Shown: piece by piece, positions 24,648 through 35,060 of the stretch
How positions within the stretch are numbered: the stretch's first letter is position 1
Layout: each line of letters starts with the position of its first letter
DNA from: Phyllosticta citribraziliensis
Taxonomy: Eukaryota
Length of the DNA: 64,000 nt
Assembly: GCF_038025025.1 (NCBI RefSeq)
Contig: NW_027117339.1
Coordinates: 1,984,001 to 2,048,000 of the forward strand
Direction of reading: 5' to 3'
The notes under the pieces: generated by a model
What the model was told of the DNA's origin: nothing
The model's database searches: none
Seen by the model: the letters and a program-made list of their open reading frames with translations, nothing else
Translations under genes and position numbers: made by a program

Positions 24648-27600
24648 ATTGTCGAAGCGAGACGTCGGATGGAATTGATGCGTTCAATGGGGCATGGTAG
24701 CGGGAGTGCAGCACCGGTGCGTTCGACCGACGACGAAAAGAGAAGAAAAGACGGGTAGATCAAGACGGGAATTCACGGTTGCAGAAGGCAGGCAGGTTAG
24801 CTTTGGAGAAGCGAAATGGTGCGATGGGAGGAAAGTGAGTAGGCTGGGCGGGTGGTAGCACGGCCACCAAATGGGCCGGATTGTAAACATGGGCATGCAA
24901 CCCCCAGCCACCCTGACCACGATCGAGTCGCGCCTCTCGGTGAGCCTTTGCCAGTAATTCCACGTGTGATGATGAAGGAATGGACCATGGCCAATTGCAA
25001 AAGAACAGAGGGACCAAGCCCTACGGGCCGCGCGGTGGGCAGCATGGGGGCACCCCGTCGTGCCGTCGCATGGGGCAACGAGAAGCTGCAATGCCATGGC
25101 TATCGAGTCCAACAGGGCTGGGCGCGGGCCTGATACAACGGCTTCGTCCCGGGACGCGCCTGTTGGTCGTGCATCTTCGGGGGCTGGCTGTTCTTTGGAT
25201 GAAACGAAATGTTGAAGAAACTCCACGGCTCGAGGTTTTGGTGATGTGCATGTCGAATGTTTCGTTGGCCAGGGCTCGGTGTTGACGGGAGCTCGGATGG
25301 ATCTACAATGATCCGCCCTGCGCAGCAGCCGGAGCGGAGCTGGAGCCAGCGCAGGTCTCGGTGGTGGGGCAATCAACAAACATCACCACCATTCGATCCC
25401 CGCGAGTCATCCCTCATCCTCCTCTTCCATCTCCATCAAGCCATCGCTCCGATCTCTCCCTCCCCCGGTAACAACCCGCTCGGCCATTGTCCCTTCCTTG
25501 TGCCCCGCCCACACTCGACATCTCATCCACCGCAAGGCCCATCAACCCGCGTCTGTTGCGTATGCAGGCCCGCCTGCAGATACCCGGAAGAGCTCAGATT
25601 GGGCGGACTCCATGCAATTGGCCGTTCTGGGCTCCGAGGATGCACGTCGCTTCTCCACGGTGCAAAGACTTTCCTTGTCCAAAGTCTGGACTCCTCGGAA
25701 AGTCTACTTCAGCTAGACAAGGAACTGCTCCTCCCGCGCCACTATGATATCACGACCCCATCCCGGAGCTCGTTACCGATTCTTCGTTAGGAACTTTGTG
25801 CCCGCTAACAAAAGAAAACCTACCTGTTGAGTGTTGACACACCTTCGGCCAACAGTAATTGACTTGGCATCATTACCTGAGCGAGCTGCAGCCATCTCGT
25901 CTTTCGCTCACCCTCCATCTTCCTTTCTGCTGCCCACCCTCCCTTCAACCATCCGTCGCCCTCACCGCTACTCAGTTCGCAGTCCCTTGTGGCCCTCGAT
26001 CAAGGCGCCCCTTCAGCTGATCTAGGATGCCTGTGGATGCGAACGCTTGAACACTCTCGTCACTGGCCATCCCAGGATTATACGTAGATGGCTGAATATG
26101 TCAGCCATCATGACATGGTGTTGTTGGCTTAAATAGAGAGGTGGCCAATCAAAGCTGTACCTGCGACACCTGGGAGCCTGGTGCGAGCTGCGAACGCGAC
26201 TCAGGAACAGATCTTGCATCTCACCTTGCAACGGGTTCCCGTTGCCAAGAACAATGTTTTGGAGAGAGGCACGTTACTAGCCATCCGAATTCACCAACAG
26301 CCTTGTTCATCCAAATATCCCGCCTTCCGCTCCCCAAGCAGTGGTTCAATCCCATGTGAGCGATTCACAACGCCTTCAACTGGTCTAGGTTCTTTGCGTC
26401 GACCAACGCCACTACTTCGTTCCATCCTCTTGATCAGGATCTCTGAACTTGACAGATTTTGCCAGGCTGTTTCTATAGCAGGCATCCCGCAGGCATCTTG
26501 ACCACTACCAAAAGCACGTTGGTTCCCAGGCGTCCAGCTCGCGCCACAGACTAAAACTATCACTTCGGAAACGGTCATCTCAACCACGCGCTACTTTAGC
26601 ACTCGGAGTCTGGTGGCTGATGGGGCGCAGCTCTAGCCCCCTTATTATCATATATAGTACGGAGCCTTCGAATCCTCGAGCATTCTGCCCTCATTCCCAG
26701 ACCACCGGAGCGCGCCTCTTCCGCACTGCCGGAGAATTTTTGAAGCCGGCATCGAGCTGTCGAGGTTGGAAAGTATCTCTCTTTGCAGCAGGAAGCTTGG
26801 CTAAATCGACATCATTCTAGCCACAGCCACTGGCGTTTCTCAACAAATCTGCCTGCAGATGCCTTGAACCTTCTCACACCACTTCTTCGGCGTTTGCCAA
26901 AACATGGAATTCTCCCACGGACACTGGAAGCGTGCGTCTCGGCTGATGATCGACCCGAAACTCTGTCTAAATGCTGGCCTTCCACCTTTGTCACGAATTT
27001 TTCTGTCTTTCTTTTTCGCTTCTCTGGGTCTATAAGCCCGTCTTCTCTTTATGATGACTTGGTGATAGTAGGAAAAGCCTATCCTGCATCAGCGCAACCG
27101 GTTTTGCGCTGCTCAACTCGAGGGAAATTCAACATTGTCCACCACCACCACTGTCAGCCAGGATTTATGTCAAGCAGCGGTCAAGTCAAATTCTCTCGAT
27201 TCGTACGCTTATGGAGTTTTCCGTGTCTTGGAACGGCGAGAGAATGGCTCGTCAGTTACCATGCGACACCAAACTCCATTCATGGGGCACCCTTGAAATC
27301 CAGGCGTGAGTAAACATCACTCCTCGCATGAACAACTGAAGCCATCATATATGTGTGTAAAGGGGAAGAGATGGCATCGCCGAGCTTGCTTTGAAAAGTT
27401 TATGAATTGTTTGATGTTCGAGGAATTGTCTGCTAGTCTAGGATGGACGAAGAAGCAATACTATGGCAATCCCTGTATGCTCGCTCTGTCTAGTGATACC
27501 CAAGTGCCTAGAACAATGACCACCCGAATTTCCAAAAAGCCGCTCCGTTTGCACACTGTACATTCGCATTGTTTCCAAGCGAGGACGATCTTGTGTTTCT

Positions 27601-27652
27601 TTCTTTCGCCAGTCTTTCAACAATGAAGAGGCCCTCCTTCGTGCTCCACCAC

Positions 27653-29023
27653 TCAATGGCCGGGTAGGAGCCGTTGCGTCTCCTCTCTGAGACTGCCCCT
27701 GAGTCCGTCCCTCCTCCGTTCCCTAAAGCGCTGCACCCATTCTGGAGCCTTGGCTCTGAGACCCCAGTGCCACAGCATTCCGGCCAAAAACCCAACAGCG
27801 TCGTTTCTGAACGCAAGAAGCCCGGCAACGGTGACCATCATGACGGCCCATCGCTCTCTGCGCTCGCGCTCATCGGGCTCACGCAGAATCTTGCCGAAAG
27901 GAAGCGGCGCACCAGCCGCCTCCATCTCAGCCTCCTCCCAGAGGTCTCGCGCGCCAGCATTGAGCGACTCGCCGACCTTGGCCAGCTCGACGCCGGCGGC
28001 CAGGACCATGACGCCGAGCAGGCTCTTTGGGAACTGCGCCAGCAGGCCGACAAAGGCCTCGCCGCCGAAGATGCCGAGGAAGAGCTTCGCAAAGCCCAGG
28101 ATGATGACGCTGGCGCCGCTGCGAGCGCCGAAGCGGTGTTGGGCCGCGAGGCCGCCGGAGCCGTGGCACGCGGGCATGGCGCCGAACCAGCAAGAGACCA
28201 GATTCATGAGGGCGACCGAGGTGCCGATTTCGGTGACGGAGGGGACGGGGACGTGTGGGAGAAGGTCGGCCGACAGGTGCGTGACGGCGATGATGGAGTT
28301 GAGCGTCGTCAGAGGCAGTTGGCCCAGCGAGGCCGTGACAAACGTGCGTCCAAAGGTTGCCCAGGACGGCACCACGATGGGGATCGACGAGATGATGGTG
28401 CTCTCGCTGGCAACGGACGCGGCGTGGAGCTGGACGCCAGCAAAGACGAGACCCAGGACGAAAATGAGCAACGCATAGGGGACCCGCGGGGCGCGCGTAC
28501 AGGCCAGGAGCGCAAGCGCAGCGCCGATGGCCCAGCAAAGATTGTCGACGGGCGAGGGTTTTGTCCATCCAAGAGGCTTCAGGAGCTTCTCGCCAGCAGA
28601 GAGCACAAGCGAAAGGCCTGCGCCCACCTGGATACCCTTGACCACGGGGATGGGCACGATGCGCGTCACCCACTGCAGCAAGCCGGTGACGGATATCACA
28701 AACACAACCGCTGCAACACCCAGGCCGGCTGCAGCGGTTTCCTGCAGCGTATACGACCGCGCAATGGCTATCGAAGCGATGGCCTTCATGGGCTGGACGG
28801 GAAGCGGGATTCCGAAGAGCGCGCCGGTGATGATGTTGGCCAGACCGGTGAAGATGAGGGTCGAGGGCAGGTTGATTGAGCGCGACAGGGTCATTGCGAC
28901 GAGGAGCGGCAGCAGCGTGCCCAAGTCGCCCAGAGAGCCAGAGAGCTCTGCAAAGGGGGCATTTTTGAACGAGGTGTAGTTGTGCTGGGTTATGCGGCGG
29001 AGGTGTGATAAGGTGGGCGGCAT
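27653..29023 (-). CDS. Molybdate transporter, MOT1 family
   Basis: Motifs ELSGSLGDLGTLLP, PLPVQPMKAIA, GQLPLTTLNS and FGAMPACHGSGGLAAQHRFGAR. Intronless and hydrophobic. Confidence 0.9.
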   Translation of the reverse strand: MPPTLSHLRRITQHNYTSFKNAPFAELSGSLGDLGTLLPLLVAMTLSRSINLPSTLIFTGLANIITGALFGIPLPVQPMKAIASIAIARSYTLQETAAAGLGVAAVVFVISVTGLLQWVTRIVPIPVVKGIQVGAGLSLVLSAGEKLLKPLGWTKPSPVDNLCWAIGAALALLACTRAPRVPYALLIFVLGLVFAGVQLHAASVASESTIISSIPIVVPSWATFGRTFVTASLGQLPLTTLNSIIAVTHLSADLLPHVPVPSVTEIGTSVALMNLVSCWFGAMPACHGSGGLAAQHRFGARSGASVIILGFAKLFLGIFGGEAFVGLLAQFPKSLLGVMVLAAGVELAKVGESLNAGARDLWEEAEMEAAGAPLPFGKILREPDERERRERWAVMMVTVAGLLAFRNDAVGFLAGMLWHWGLRAKAPEWVQRFRERRRDGLRGSLREETQRLLPGH

Positions 29024-29379
29024 AGTGGGATGCTGGATTTTCTTTTCTCTCCGAGGTTAGGAATAGGAAGAGCTGCGACCAAAGAAGGTCTTATAGATGG
29101 CCCTCATGGTGGAACCAAGTCCGCAGAGATGGAGACGGTGATTTGCTGTCAGTTGTTCACCCCCACCGAGTGGCAGTCATGCGGCGGGTGCAGTTATCTC
29201 AGCCATCACACGGGGAGCTTTCCAGCACCAGGGCAGCTAACTTTGTCCTAACCGGAATGGCGCCCGCCTTGGCGGCACATGACCGCGCGATGTCGCTGCA
29301 AACCACGCGTCATCCGGTCTCAACTCCACGCACTAGACCTGCCACTCCAAAACACTCAGGTCAGCTCCTTGTCCGCGCC

Positions 29380-31391
29380 ATGTCCACCGACTCGCCCTCG
29401 TCCTTCGTCACGGCCGTCGAGGGCGATACCACCGTCTATCTGACGCCTCCTCCCACCTCCCACCCCCCGCAGAATCGCGTGCCGGATTCTCAGCCCGTTC
29501 CGCACTTTTATCGTCCGCCAAAGCAGCTACCTTTTGAACTCTCCAGTCACGCCTGCATTTTCCTAGCGTCTGGACAATGTGCGCCTCTCGTACTCAGTCT
29601 TGCTCCCATCTAACGCAATCAAGATATCGAGGGCCTTGAGCTCCTCAAATCTCTCCTCATCTCCGGTGGCTCCATCTCATCACCGTCCAATCCTCGCCCT
29701 GCCTTCATTCCACCGACCCAAATCTTCGAGCTTGCCGCGACCCTTGCCGTACACCCGTCTACCACAACGCGCGCCTCTGCCATCGTCAAGGTGCGCGCCG
29801 CGAATGAGGCCTTGTTATATCTCCGCGCCGTCAACCGCAAAGTTGGACCCATCAACGCCGGCTTTGCAAACGCTTTCACATTTTCCAGGGCCCGCAATGG
29901 GAAGAGACGCGGATTCTTCGATCCAAACAATAGTGCGCGAAAGGACGGACAAAATGCCGCCGAGTCGAGACCTCTACACAGCGCCTTGGCCAACGGTAGC
30001 AGTGTCTGGGAGCGAGCACATGACTTTTGGCACGTCGTTGGCTGGGCATTCAACTGCTCGATCAAGCACAAAGCCAGATGGTCGCGATGGCAGGTCTGGC
30101 TAGAGGTCATGCTGGAAATCATGGAAGATGACTGGAGGAATAGACAAAAGAAGTATCAGCAAGAGCTTCAGGACAGGGGAGTCTCTAGCGCAGAGATAAT
30201 GACCAAGGGGATCATGCCCACATACCTCACAAGCTGTGAGGCTTGGATGGCGTCTTCAAGAAGACGGATACTCCGTGCCATTTTTGCAGATGGCAGCGAA
30301 AGGTCTCTGGCTCATTTCCAAGAAGTGTTTGAGGACGAGCTGCGTGAGCGCGCGAAACCAAAACCCGATTCCATCAAAGCCGCAGACTTCCAGACGGCCG
30401 ACCTCGATGCCCTTGACCCTGATGAGGACGAAGACTTGATCGAGGAGTCCACACCGCCAACACGCAAGTCTTCGCGACCTGGAGCAAAGGCCGACCGTCG
30501 TCCTTCCATAATCACCATTTCGTCCGACAACTCCATAACGCCAGAAAATGCAAATATTGCAATAGCGGAGCCTTTTGGACCCCCTGCTGCCCTCGCTCTT
30601 CGCGTCCGGCTTCTTTCTCTTCTTGGCGACGTCACCTTGGCCCTCCCTACAACAACTACAACTCGGGAAAGGCTGTTCGATACGTACACCGAGTTTCTTA
30701 GACCACTGCCAATCACATCCTTTACGACAATGCTGTCGGCTCTGGCAGCGCATCTTCCTCCCGCCACCTTCTGCATACTGGCCGCAAACACGCTGCTCCC
30801 GCTCATCTCTACCACACCCGAGACCTACCACCTCGACGCGCCCTCCCAAGACGAGTGGGAGTTTTACTTCTTGCCCATTGCTGCTGCGACGTCGTCGGTC
30901 ACCGATAACGCCAAGGTCAGCGCCTTGCTGCGCTTCGTCGTACAAGTCTCGCTGCCCGAAATCACCTGGCGCCGCGGCTGGGCCGAGGCGGTGTTCAAGG
31001 GCATCAAGGCACGGCACGACAAGATTGAAGCGGGGAGGTTGAATGGAAGGGGTCGCGGGAGAGGCAGTGGTAGGGGCGATCACGTCGTCGAGGGCGTTTT
31101 GAGGGACTGCGAGAGCACCTTGATGTGCCTGGTGGGCTGGGTCGAAGATGGTACGTCACCTTCTCACCTCGAACATTCTTATTCTTCTTTCAGCCGATGG
31201 GAACACTGACAGACCACTCCTTTGCAGATGCAAACGTCCCGTCTGACCAACGGCCGCCACGCCCCGAGGAAGTCATCACTGCGCCGCCCCCTGCGGCAAA
31301 CGTGGTCGACTTGGGGTCATTCGATTCGGAAGAACTGTCGGACATCCCTGAAGATTTAGACACCCCCGAAACGAACCAGGGCGAGGACTGA
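29380..31391 (+). CDS. Conserved helical fungal protein, candidate Smc5/6 loader subunit Nse5-like
   Basis: Introns 29579-29623 and 31151-31228 give a continuous frame. Blocks LAATLAVHPSTTTRA, DFWHVVGWAFNCS...RWSRWQVWL and RRILRAIFADG. The gene model is solid; the family assignment is inference. Confidence 0.6.
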
Positions 31392-31916
31392 GGAAGAAGG
31401 GGTAGTCGAATCACGCGCATGGCGTGCTAGTGAGCGGCGAATTTGATGAGTTAAAAGTGAATATTGCGTGTATGTATGGATAGCTTGCTACCACAACATA
31501 CCACAGCATCTAAACAAAACGAGCGAGGAGCATTCATCAAGTGACTCGGCTGACAGGCAAATCCGAATGACTGATTGAATGGTGGTCATTTTCTTCCCAT
31601 GCGTATGCCCCGCCCACGCACATCTTTCTCCACTTGTACACACGTACCTACTACACAACGCGTCCAGTCCAACGCGTCGGCCGTCACGATAAGACGGATT
31701 GAACAGCGCGCGCTCTCACGCACTCCTCCCCCTCCTCTGTCTGTCTCGCCACACACGCCATCCCACCGACTCGCCCCGTGCTCGCCGAGTTCGTGCGCGG
31801 AGCAGAATGCGGAGGATCGACAAACGTGAAGTTCAGGCAGGCAAGAGATAGCAAGCGGCCAAAGACCGTTCAGGCATCCCGCCGCCCACCAACAGCACGA
31901 TCTCTTCTCTAACCAA

Positions 31917-31948
<32 letters not shown>
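31917..31948. repeat. (CCAG)8 microsatellite
   Basis: Seen directly. Confidence 0.95.
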
Positions 31949-31951
<3 letters not shown>

Positions 31952-32176
31952 CTAACACGGCGCCCAAAAGTAAGCAACAGCCGGCGTCGGACAGTCGGCG
32001 GCGCGTCTTCACCGTTAGACGGGCCGCCGGCGCGGCGACGTTGTGAGACAGTCAGAAAAGATATGGATGGTGGAGGACGGGACGAAGTGCTTGCCGGTCG
32101 GCGGCCTGGCGGTCTGGCGCACGGGGTGTACAGCGAGAGTGTACCACTATTTCGCAATGTGAGAGAATGCTCGAGT

Positions 32177-32200
32177 GCGGCGGCGGCGGCGGCGGCGGCG
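32177..32200. repeat. (GCG)8 microsatellite
   Basis: Seen directly. Confidence 0.95.
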
Positions 32201-33588
32201 TCGACGACGTCCCGAGGCCAAATTGAATTTCATTGAGTTGAGTTACGCCGAATGGTTCATCGGATCATGTGCGTGTGGTCGAGTTGGGATCATCGGCTCG
32301 AGTCGCATCCGATGACGGAGGGCGGGTGGATGGACGGACGGACGGACAGACAGACGGCTCAAGGTCGACATTGAAGAAGAAATACCTCGGGGCAATGGTC
32401 CTCGCTCTTACTGCCTGCCTACCTGTCTTTGTTATTGTCAGAATTTGACAGAAGGCCGTACGTACGGGCTGACAGGCTGGGAGAAGGGATGTGTGAACCG
32501 TGAGCCCCGTCGAACGCGTCCAACGGACCAAACAACAAACCGCATCTGGACTATCGGACGATGGAGGAAAGTGATTGGAAAAAGGAAAGGGGATCGCTCC
32601 AGCGCTGAGCAGTGAAGCAGGAAGCAGGAAGCAGGAAGTGAGATCAACCTGGATCGACGGAAGAACAAGCACGTGAGGTCCAGGCGGAGTCCAGTCACAG
32701 TACCGGTATAGCCTCGTCAGCAAACACGCACGGCGGAGCGGAGCGGAAGGATGGGGAGGAAGGGGATCCAAGGGGCTGTGGGAGGGGTTCGTGCTTCATG
32801 CTACGTGTGGCAGTGCCCGCTGGTGGCCCACGGCATCTGTCCCTGAGTCTATGTATAGCTGTGTTCTAGCCTTCTCAGCGCGGGCCCTGTGTTAGCTGTC
32901 ACATCTGCGGGTGGAACAAACAAACGGGCAGTGATGTGCGCTGTGTGGGCAGCATGCGGATGCGGGAGAGCGGGTACGACGGGGAGCGGGCGGATAGAGC
33001 GCCGGCGCGGAGGGTCGCGGGTTTGTGGGGAAGATGGTGTCGTGGCGTGCCTCTCGTCGGGCTGCCCAAAGTATGTGCACGCCCACGAGTCAATCGCTGT
33101 CGACCACGAGGAGCATGGCGCAAAGAGTTTGAAGAGCGCAAAGGGGAAATTTCATTCCATCCACCACCGTGTCTCGCGCCTCGGAGGGCAAACGAGACTT
33201 GTCCGTATCTTCTTTCTACATCCCCATCCAGTTCATGTCCATCCGTCCGCAAAATGCGGAAAATCAAAAAGGCTAACCCAGGGCAACTAGCAGCACTAGC
33301 TAGAAGCGGCGCAGAACACTCCATAAAGCAAAGGTAAAAAGTAAGGGAACCAAGGAGAAAGAGGAGAAGGTGCTAAGGGCGTGGGGGAATCGTCCAAAGA
33401 GAAGGCTCAAAAGCAGGAGTTCGAGGGGGGATTATAATTGAGCGAGTTGTGCGGGAGGGTGGGGTTGGGGGTATTGGTGGTGGTAGCGACGGTTGGTCTC
33501 CGTACGACCACATGTTACTTCAGAGGCAAAGCTGCCCGAACATGTAAAAGGAAAAGGAACCCTCGCAGAACCGTCATCTAGAACCTCC

Positions 33589-35060
33589 TTACGGCTTGGA
33601 GACGGGGACAACCATCTCCTGGACAACCTCGGGCGCTTCGCGAACCTTCTTGGTCATGTCGGCACCCTCGACCTTGCCGCAGAGAGTCTCGACGACAATT
33701 CCAGTGATTTGGTAGGGGTCGGCATTGGAGGCAGGGCGGCGGTCCTCAAAGTAACCCTTGCCCTCCTCGGCGACAGCGCGGTTGACACGAACCGAGGCGC
33801 CACGGTTGGCAACACCCCAGGTGAACTTCTCATACGAAGCGGTCTCGTGCTTGCCAGTCATGCGGAGCTGGTTGTCCTCGCCGTAGACCTCCATGTGTTC
33901 CTTTTGCCTGGCGGCGAGCTTCTCCATGGCCGCCTCGATGTGCTTGATGCCGCCCTCGGCGCGCATCTCCTTGGTGGAGACGTTGGTGTGCAGACCGGCA
34001 CCGTTCCAGTCGCCGGGGATGGGCTTGGGGTTGAAAGTAACCTTGATGCCAAACTCCTCGGCGATGCGGTGGAGAATGAAGCGGGACATCCAGAGCTGGT
34101 CACCCACTGCGTTGGGTCAGCAAAAGCAAGAAAAAGAAAAAAACTGGGGGCAGCGCGGATCAAAACGTACTGGCAATGCCTTCGCACGGGCCAACCTGGT
34201 ATTCCCACTGCGCGGGCATGACTTCGGCGTTGGTGCCAGAAATCTGGATTCCGGCGTACATGCAGGCCTTGTAGTGAGCCTCGACGAGGTCACGGCACAT
34301 GACCTTGCCAGTGCCAACACCGCAGTAGTAGGGGCCCTGGGGCGCAGGGAAGCCGTTCTTGGGCCAGCCGTAGGGCCAGCCCGAGGGGTCGAGCAGAGTG
34401 TACTCTTGCTCGAGACCGAACCAGAATTCGTGGGCGCCGTGGGCCTCGATGACGACAGCGGCATCGTGGCGGAAGTTGTAGGCATTGGGCTTGTTGTCGC
34501 CGCCCCAGGTCTCGCACATGACGAGAATGTTGTCGCCGAGGCGGAAGGGGTCTGCGTACATGGCAACGGGGCGCAGGTAGACATCCGAGTTGTCACCCGG
34601 GGCCTGGCCGGTCGACGAGCCGTCAAAGTTCCATTCTGGCAGGTCGGCGAGGCTGGCGGGCTTGCTGGAGAGAGTCTGCGCGAGGCGATCAGCAACTGTG
34701 TGGGGAGGTCGATCGCCGAGGGTGGCGCGCGGCTTATCGGCGGGCGGGCGTGATAAGAGCGGCAGCAGGTGCGAGGTGAGTAATTACCTTGCACTTTGAG
34801 CGGACGTTGTTGGAGCCGTCAATCCAGACGTATTCGGCGATGACGCAGCCCTTTTGCGGCAACCTGAGGTACTTCTCAAGCTAGAGGGGTTGTTAGCACC
34901 GTCAATTCCTCACTGCGCCAGTGAATGCTCACGTTGGCCGTGTTGGAGACGAGACTTGATTCGCTCTGCAAGGAGATGGAGTTAGCGCGGGAACAGGCAA
35001 AGTAAAGCTTGGCTGGGCAGCGCAGCGCAGCGCAGCGCAGCGGGGGTGGCAGCTCACCAT
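33589..35060 (-). CDS. GLN1: Glutamine synthetase (GSII)
   Basis: The first coding exon is ATG only. Introns 34966-35057, 34881-34932, 34676-34787 and 34107-34170. Motifs [49 protein letters not shown] and [11 protein letters not shown]. Confidence 0.97.

Noticed and set aside
26341..26355. GGTTCAATCCC tRNA T-loop-like motif
   Set aside because: No acceptor stem, D arm or A box could be built.
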